From NCBI GenBank assembly GCA_041178085.1, contig JBEGVZ010000006.1, positions 1 to 64,000 of the forward strand: a stretch of 64,000 nucleotides of DNA, read 5' to 3'. Below are positions 58,094 to 64,000 of the stretch, one piece after another (the first letter of the stretch is position 1; the number at the start of each line of letters is the position of its first letter). The stretch comes from Pseudomonadota bacterium (GTDB lineage Bacteria > Bdellovibrionota_B > Oligoflexia > Oligoflexales > RGVZ01). The notes beneath the pieces are model-generated. The model did not search any database, was not told the origin of the DNA, and saw nothing but the letters and a program-made list of their open reading frames with translations. A program made the translations under genes and the position numbers.

Positions 58094-58719
58094 ACGGGCG
58101 GTGTGTTTTTTCCCTTTTGCTGCCACAACAACTCCGGCACTCCAGCTTCCTGCGAGATAACCCTGCTGGCGACAAAAAACCAGTCACTCAGCCGGTTGAG
58201 GTAAATCGACACCTCCTCGCGGATGGTATCTTCACCGGCCAACGCGACAACGGCACGTTCCGCCCGCCGGCATACGGTGCGCACAACATGGGCCAGGGAG
58301 TTGGCCGGATGACCGCCGGGCAAGACAAAGTTGGCTAGCGGCTCGAGTTGGTTGTTGAACTCATCTATTTCCTGCTCAAGGCGCGACACAGATTCGTGAC
58401 TGACAACCTGCTGGCGGCTGATATCCAGTGCGTCGATCGGTGTTGCGAGTTCACCACCAACATCAAAAAGTTCGTTCTGAATGCGGCGCAGGCGGGTGGT
58501 CAGTTCGGCAATCTTTGGCAGATGTTTCTGCTGGTCCATGATGTGCAACTGGTCTCTGAGCATGCCGGCAAAGGCATTCAGTTCATCAATCGTGCCGTAG
58601 GCATCGATGCGAAGATGATACTTGGGTACTTTGCTGCCATTGGCCAGGTAGGTAAGACCCTTGTCGCCAACCTTGGTATAGATTTTTGTCAAACGCACCG
58701 GCCGATCCTCCACGGACAA
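58090..58719 (-). CDS. PduO-type cob(I)alamin adenosyltransferase
   Basis: KIYTKVGDKG, AYGTIDELN, QNELFDVG, FVLPGG, RTVCRRAER, YLNRLSD. Confidence 0.95.
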   Translation of the reverse strand: MSVEDRPVRLTKIYTKVGDKGLTYLANGSKVPKYHLRIDAYGTIDELNAFAGMLRDQLHIMDQQKHLPKIAELTTRLRRIQNELFDVGGELATPIDALDISRQQVVSHESVSRLEQEIDEFNNQLEPLANFVLPGGHPANSLAHVVRTVCRRAERAVVALAGEDTIREEVSIYLNRLSDWFFVASRVISQEAGVPELLWQQKGKNTPPV

Positions 58720-58823
58720 GCCGCCAAGTTAGCTGGTATTTTTGGCTCCAGAAACAGGAAAAGCCGCCATCCAGCTTTTGTCCAACCGGATGGCGGCCCA
58801 TTATCACCCTGCAATCAACCGGT

Positions 58824-59153
58824 TTAGTCGAATTCTGCGTCGCCGCTGGCGCCGCCCGTGGTGACCCTCTCCTGACGATTGACCGACTCGCGAAGCTTGT
58901 CGGAGGGGTGGAAAGTCACGACGCGACGGGCAGTGATTTCGATGCGCTGTCCCGTGTGGGGATTGCGGCCCGGTCGCGAACGCTTTTCCTTGACGGTCCA
59001 CTTGCCGAATCCGGAGATCTTGACCTCGCGGCCGTCTTCGAGCTTCTGCTTGATTTCCTCGAGCACGGTCTCAAGGATGTCCTTGGCTTCCTTGACGGGA
59101 AAGCCGACTTTGTCGCGGATCATTTCGATCAGGGTGTCCTTGGTCAACGTCAT
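58824..59153 (-). CDS. ihfA: Integration host factor subunit alpha
   Basis: MTLTK, VKISGFG, RPGRNPHTG, ITARRVVTF. Confidence 0.9.
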   Translation of the reverse strand: MTLTKDTLIEMIRDKVGFPVKEAKDILETVLEEIKQKLEDGREVKISGFGKWTVKEKRSRPGRNPHTGQRIEITARRVVTFHPSDKLRESVNRQERVTTGGASGDAEFD

Positions 59154-59335
59154 GGGAACTCCTTGCCTCCGGAAATCTTCAACACGCAACCGCGCGTGCC
59201 TTGGGAACGTTTTTCACCTTTGAAACTGCAAGTTCCTAAAATATATTACCAACTTCCGCCCGGGACGGAAAGAAACCGGGCCCGGCTGCATGAAAATTTT
59301 GCGCCGTTCGCTGATGCACACCGGGGTGGTGGAAC

Positions 59336-60328
59336 ATGACAAGTCAAAAGAAAAAACGGGTACTTACCGGTTCCCGGGCCACCGGGATGCCACACCTGGG
59401 CAACTATTTTGGTGCTTACAAGCCGGCGATAGACCTTCAAGATCGCTACGAACTCTTCCTGTTCTTGGCAGATTTCCATGCGCTCAACGAACACTACAGC
59501 CCGGAAGAAAATCGCCGCAATTCCCTGATCCTGGTCGCTGCATTTCTGGCTTGCGGACTCGATCCCGTCAAAAGCCTTCTTTACGCCCAATCGGCGGTGC
59601 CCGAGGTCAACGAGCTGGCCTGGATCCTCAGCTGCCAGGTTCCCTACGGTGTGATGGCTCGAGCCCACTCCTTCAAGGATGCGCAGGCCAAGGGGATCGA
59701 AGTCAACATGGGCGTCTTCAACTACCCGATCCTGATGGCGGCGGACATCCTGCTGTTTGATGCCAACCTGGTGCCCGTAGGGCAGGACCAGAAACAGCAC
59801 CTTGAGATGACCCGCGACATGGCCCAAAGATTCAACCATCACTTCGGCCAGGCCCTGGTGATTCCTGATCCGATGATCTCGGAAACCGTTGCCATCGTGC
59901 CGGGCACAGACGGCGAGAAAATGAGCAAGTCGAAGAACAATACGGTCGCCCTCTTTGCCAGCGACAAGGACTGGAAAAAGCAGGTGATGAACATCGTCAC
60001 CGATGCAAAGGGCCTGGCGGACTCGAAAAATCCCGATACTTGCAACGTCTTCAAACTTTTCACCCTTGTTGCCAATGAAGGGGAGGTCCGTGCCATGCGT
60101 GAAAAGTATGTTGCTGGCGGCTATGGCTACGGCCACGCAAAAATGGATCTCCTGGAAAAGATGAAAGTTGTGTTCGGACCCATGCGTGACAACTTTGACA
60201 GCTGGATGCAACGCCCAGGCGACTTGCGCGACATCTTGCACGAAGGTTCAAAGAAGGCACGCTCACTTGCGACGGAAAAATTGAACATGGTGCAGGAAAA
60301 GCTTGGCTTGATTGGCCGGCCGTTCTGA
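59336..60328 (+). CDS. trpS: Tryptophan--tRNA ligase
   Basis: HLGNY, YPILMAADIL, VPVGQDQKQHLE, KMSKS. Confidence 0.96.
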   Translation: MTSQKKKRVLTGSRATGMPHLGNYFGAYKPAIDLQDRYELFLFLADFHALNEHYSPEENRRNSLILVAAFLACGLDPVKSLLYAQSAVPEVNELAWILSCQVPYGVMARAHSFKDAQAKGIEVNMGVFNYPILMAADILLFDANLVPVGQDQKQHLEMTRDMAQRFNHHFGQALVIPDPMISETVAIVPGTDGEKMSKSKNNTVALFASDKDWKKQVMNIVTDAKGLADSKNPDTCNVFKLFTLVANEGEVRAMREKYVAGGYGYGHAKMDLLEKMKVVFGPMRDNFDSWMQRPGDLRDILHEGSKKARSLATEKLNMVQEKLGLIGRPF

Positions 60329-60359
60329 GCATCGAAAAAATACGACAAAAGAGGCCTTC

Positions 60360-62654
60360 ATGACGCAAGGACGCGCGAAGCTGGGTTGGATTGCCATTGG
60401 CACTGCGATGATTTTACTCGCGGCAGCGGGTGGCTACGCCTGGCATCTTGTCAAGCGACAAGGGCTTGCCCCAAAGGAATATGCTGCCCACCTGGGCTCC
60501 GCTTCGGTTCAGTTTGACGACCACGGCATTCCCACAATCGTGGCCTCGGACTGGAATGCAGTCGCAGAGGCGCAGGGATTTGTCGTCGCCAGCGAGCGCA
60601 TGTGGCAGCTTGACCTGATGCGGCGCAAGGCTGCGGGCAGGCTGGCGGAGTGGTTTGGCGCGAAGGCACTGGACCACGACAAACGTCTGCGCAGTGAGGG
60701 ACGGCTGACGGTAGTTGCCAAATCGGTTGAGATGCTGCCTCAAAGCCAGCGCGAGTTTTGCGAAGCTTACGCGAAGGGCATCAATTCGTTCATCCGCGCA
60801 TTTCCCGGACGATGGGGAATCGAATACGCCTTGACCAGCGAACAACCTGAACCTTGGCGTTGCGACGATACCCTGCTGGTTATCCTGTCGATGGCAGACA
60901 TCCTCGCGTCCGGTAGCCGCGATGAATGGATCCAGCAGAAGTGGCGAAAGGTACTTCCCCGTGAATGGGAAGAGTTCCTGTACACGAAGGAACATCCGTG
61001 GAACCGGCCCTTCTTCAATGTGCGGGAGAAAGCTGCGCTAAGGCTTCCACCGGAATCCCTTGCGATTCCTGCCCAGCCACTCAATGGCGACGAGCTCGCT
61101 GCCACGGACGACATGGTTGCGACGCATGAAGCGATTGGCAGCAATTCATGGGCGTGGAGGGGGAACTCGGGGGCTTACCTGGCCAACGATCCTCACCTGG
61201 GACAAAGCACCCCGCAGCTCTGGTACGCTGCACGCTTGAAAGTGTCGAACGAAGACTGGGTCGCCGGTGTGACCCTGCCGGGGCTTCCCGGAGTGATCAT
61301 CGGCATGAATCCACATATTGCCTGGGCATTCACCAACGTCGGCGAAGATGTCGACGATTTGCTGGAAGAACGCCTCGATGCGAGCGGCACAAAATACCTT
61401 GCTGCAAGGACCAACGGGAATGAAGAGTGGCGAGCCGTCGAAGTTACGAGCGAGCTGGTGAAGGTAAAGGGTGCGCCGGCCGTAACGATCGAAGTCAGAA
61501 AAACGCACCGCGGTCCGCTGATTGAGCTTCCTGCCGGAAGCGGCAAGTTTTACAGCCGCCAGTGGCTGGGCCTCATCCCTGGCCGTCTTGGACTGCCCTC
61601 GCGCGAGCTCGCCAGTGTCAAGGACTGGAATGACTTCAACTCTGCCGCCGATCATTTCACGCTACCCGCACAGAACATGCTGATGATGGATCGCAAAGGC
61701 AACATCGGTTACCGCGCATCGGGCACCGGTGTCATCCGGCGGGTTGACGGACGCATTCCTCAGCCGGCGCTGGAGGGCGAATGGGCAGGTTTCGCGCCAC
61801 CGGCGGAGCGTCACCGCATGTGGATCGAGGCAGAACCGGGCAAGGTGTCGAGCATGGCCACAGCCAACCAGCGCATGTGGGTCGACCGCTATGGCCACAA
61901 CTGGTACGGGGAAGACCGGCAGGAACGGATTGTCAGCCTGCTTTCCAGCGGCAACGCCCACACACAAAGGGACATGCTGGAAATCCAGCTCGACGTAACA
62001 TCCCGCTTTCGTCGGCAGCTACTGCAATGGGTGGCTGACCGCGGCGTAGCAGCCGCCGGCCGGGAGGCCGAACTCAAATCGCGCTGGATACGCTGGGACG
62101 GTTCCGGAAAGAGTGATCCCGCTTCCTTCGGAAACAGCATCCAGGCGGAAAAACTGATTTTCAAAGTTCTCATTGGACGCGTCCGCGCCCACTTCAAGCC
62201 GGCCCTGGACGAAGGAGATCGCTATGATTGGGATCTTGACCGTGCATGGCTTCTTGCCCTGCTGGACAACAAAGGCAGCTTCGGGCTGTTTGGACTGGAG
62301 GAGACGTCACTGGCAACTTCGGTAATTCAAAAGATTGCAGCCACAGAAGAGGCCCCCTTCCAGGAAAAGAACGCCTGGAACGGCCAACATCCATTTGTCG
62401 GGAAGGTCCCGCTGGCCGGCTGGTTTTTCCGGACAAAAAAATACGATCAGTACGGATATTCGGACGTCGTGAGGGCCGAAAAACCGGACCACGGCCCGTC
62501 TGTACGGCTGGTATGGAACATGGCTGTGCCGGCGGAAAGCACATGGATGTTTCCGGTCGGGCAGTCCGGACACTTGGGCTCCAGGAATTATGCCGACCTG
62601 CAGGGGAAATGGGCTGCGGGGGAAATGATGAAAGTGTTGCCGGCTGGATTCTAG
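60360..62654 (+). CDS. Penicillin acylase family (S45 Ntn hydrolase)
   Basis: DDHGIPTI, AQGF, ERMWQLDLMRR, GSNSW (catalytic Ser), ANDPHL, GQSGH; N-terminal anchor. Confidence 0.93.
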   Translation: MTQGRAKLGWIAIGTAMILLAAAGGYAWHLVKRQGLAPKEYAAHLGSASVQFDDHGIPTIVASDWNAVAEAQGFVVASERMWQLDLMRRKAAGRLAEWFGAKALDHDKRLRSEGRLTVVAKSVEMLPQSQREFCEAYAKGINSFIRAFPGRWGIEYALTSEQPEPWRCDDTLLVILSMADILASGSRDEWIQQKWRKVLPREWEEFLYTKEHPWNRPFFNVREKAALRLPPESLAIPAQPLNGDELAATDDMVATHEAIGSNSWAWRGNSGAYLANDPHLGQSTPQLWYAARLKVSNEDWVAGVTLPGLPGVIIGMNPHIAWAFTNVGEDVDDLLEERLDASGTKYLAARTNGNEEWRAVEVTSELVKVKGAPAVTIEVRKTHRGPLIELPAGSGKFYSRQWLGLIPGRLGLPSRELASVKDWNDFNSAADHFTLPAQNMLMMDRKGNIGYRASGTGVIRRVDGRIPQPALEGEWAGFAPPAERHRMWIEAEPGKVSSMATANQRMWVDRYGHNWYGEDRQERIVSLLSSGNAHTQRDMLEIQLDVTSRFRRQLLQWVADRGVAAAGREAELKSRWIRWDGSGKSDPASFGNSIQAEKLIFKVLIGRVRAHFKPALDEGDRYDWDLDRAWLLALLDNKGSFGLFGLEETSLATSVIQKIAATEEAPFQEKNAWNGQHPFVGKVPLAGWFFRTKKYDQYGYSDVVRAEKPDHGPSVRLVWNMAVPAESTWMFPVGQSGHLGSRNYADLQGKWAAGEMMKVLPAGF

Positions 62655-62658
62655 CCCC

Positions 62659-62686
62659 TTGCGGGGCGGCTTCCGGTCGATATAAT
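62659..62686 (+). promoter_or_regulatory. Sigma70-type promoter for the ABC transporter
   Basis: TTGCGG-16 nt-TATAAT, then GGAGG RBS. Confidence 0.5.
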
Positions 62687-62724
62687 GCGGTCAATATTCA
62701 GGTTAAACCGGTTGGAGGAAATTC

Positions 62725-63660
62725 ATGATCGAGGTCAAAGGCCTGTCCAAGAGGTACGGACAACTGCAGGCCCTGAACGATGTCTCGTTCACGGTCGAGA
62801 AGGGGCAGATCGTCGGCTTCCTCGGCGCAAACGGTGCCGGGAAAACCACCACAATGGACATCCTTTGTGGTTGTTCAGGTGCGGACGGTGGCAGTGCAAA
62901 AATCGCGGGGTTTGATATCACCGAACAGCCTATTGAGGCGAAGAAGCGGCTTGGTTACTTGCCGGATGTCCCTCCGCTGCACACGGAAATGACGGTAGAG
63001 GACTTTGTGACGTACGCAGCGAAGCTGCACAAGGTCCCGCTCAATGCGCTCAGTGCGCGTGTCAACGACACGTTGCAAAGACTCTCCCTGATGGAAGTGC
63101 GCTCGCGCCTGGTGGGCAACCTGTCCAAGGGTTACCGGCAGAGGGTTGCACTTGCCCAGGCGATCGTCCACGACCCGGAAGTCCTCGTGCTGGACGAACC
63201 GACCGAAGGCCTTGACCCGGGCCAGATCGTGCAAATCCGCGAACTGATTCGTTCCCTTGCAGGTAAGCACACGATCCTGCTCAGCTCCCATATCTTGTCG
63301 GAAGTGCAAAACACTTGTGACCGGATCATCATTATCAACAAGGGCCGGATTGTTGCGCAAGGAACCTACACGGAGCTGACGCGCAATCTTGCTGCTGAGT
63401 CAACATTCCGGCTGCGCGTTGCACGGGACGCCGGCAATGCACTCGTCAAAATCAAAAACCTGCCCGGTGTCGTGCACGCAAAACTCGAAGAGAGCCAGCT
63501 TGGTGACATACAGGCAATTGAATTCGGGATGGAGAGCTCTGCCAAAGAAAACACGCCCGAAGAAGTGACCAAGGCGGTCATCGAAGGTGGTTTTGGCTTC
63601 CGCGAACTGTCCAGAAAAAACAAAACCCTGGAAGACGTTTTCTTCCAGGCCACGCGATAA
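62725..63660 (+). CDS. ABC-2 type transporter ATP-binding protein (GldA-like)
   Basis: GANGAGKTT, LSKGYRQR, LDEPTEGLDP, LSSHIL. Confidence 0.93.
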   Translation: MIEVKGLSKRYGQLQALNDVSFTVEKGQIVGFLGANGAGKTTTMDILCGCSGADGGSAKIAGFDITEQPIEAKKRLGYLPDVPPLHTEMTVEDFVTYAAKLHKVPLNALSARVNDTLQRLSLMEVRSRLVGNLSKGYRQRVALAQAIVHDPEVLVLDEPTEGLDPGQIVQIRELIRSLAGKHTILLSSHILSEVQNTCDRIIIINKGRIVAQGTYTELTRNLAAESTFRLRVARDAGNALVKIKNLPGVVHAKLEESQLGDIQAIEFGMESSAKENTPEEVTKAVIEGGFGFRELSRKNKTLEDVFFQATR

Positions 63661-63672
63661 GGGGGCGGGAAA

Positions 63673-64000
63673 ATGAGCGTTATCCTGACCATTGCGAAAA
63701 GGGATCTGAAGGCCTACTTTGTGTCGCCAAAAGGCGGCGCAATCCTGTTTTTCTTCCTTATTTTCATGGGTTCGTTCTTTCAGAACTTTGTCGCCTCGTA
63801 CGTAGAGTATCAGCAACGAGCTGCCTCCATGGGTGGGCAGGCGCCAACCTTGGAACAACTCATCCGCGCATTTTTCTACAACTTCAACTTCATCATGATC
63901 CTGGTGATCCCTGCCGTGACCATGGCCCTTTTTTCTGAGGATAAGCGAAACGGGTCCCTGAGACTTCTCCAGACTGCCCCCGTTAGCGCTGCCCAGATTG
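63673..64000 (+). CDS. ABC-2 type permease (GldF-like), truncated by window end
   Basis: MSVILTIAKRDLKAYFVSP...IPAVTMALFSEDKRNGSLRLLQTAPV. Confidence 0.88.
   Translation, partial: MSVILTIAKRDLKAYFVSPKGGAILFFFLIFMGSFFQNFVASYVEYQQRAASMGGQAPTLEQLIRAFFYNFNFIMILVIPAVTMALFSEDKRNGSLRLLQTAPVSAAQI

Noticed and set aside
40530..58719. Cobalamin regulon linking queG and the pduO-like gene
   Set aside because: The genes are ~17 kb apart, no B12 riboswitch is seen, and QueG is not an adenosylcobalamin enzyme.
59246..60241. 331-aa antisense ORF opposite trpS
   Set aside because: Shadow ORF produced by codon bias, with no motifs. The same applies to the many other antisense ORFs in the track.

Overview
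Bacterial chromosomal window, mostly GC-rich. Gene content (pilB/pilC, GldA/F-like ABC transporter, SLT, HD-GYP, many orphan exported proteins) suggests a Bdellovibrionota/Oligoflexia-like or other deltaproteobacteria-like organism; this is inference only. The first ~11.6 kb is visibly more AT-rich and lies 3' of a tRNA-His/tRNA-Pro pair. It holds a giant surface protein (>3,350 aa, 5' end outside the window) built from LamG, about 28 InlB-B-like Cys-rich repeats, a planctomycete-style dockerin, Ig/FN3-like modules and a C-terminal bulb-type lectin, plus an AAA+/DUF4143 ATPase. A ~22 kb minus-strand run follows (ppx, holA, SLT, ctaB, D-2-hydroxyacid dehydrogenase, NifU, vWA lipoprotein, HD-GYP, two Thr-nucleophile sulfatase-like proteins, a porin-like protein, a 904-aa orphan). 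The remainder is largely housekeeping: ribF, aroE, M14 peptidase, desaturase, queG, kdsA, tRNA-Phe, secG, tRNA-Leu, tesA-ybbAP, aldehyde dehydrogenase, pilCB, pduO, ihfA, trpS, penicillin acylase and an ABC transporter. Best leads: the mosaic giant lectin-adhesin, two related palindromic MITE/REP-like elements (one sharing the tRNA-Pro 3' ACCA), the coupled sulfatase-like/porin gene block, head-to-head genes with interlocked start codons, a TFS/Rpb9-like double zinc ribbon, and unannotated small membrane proteins around ctaB. No CRISPR array, integrase, transposase, reverse transcriptase or rRNA was seen.
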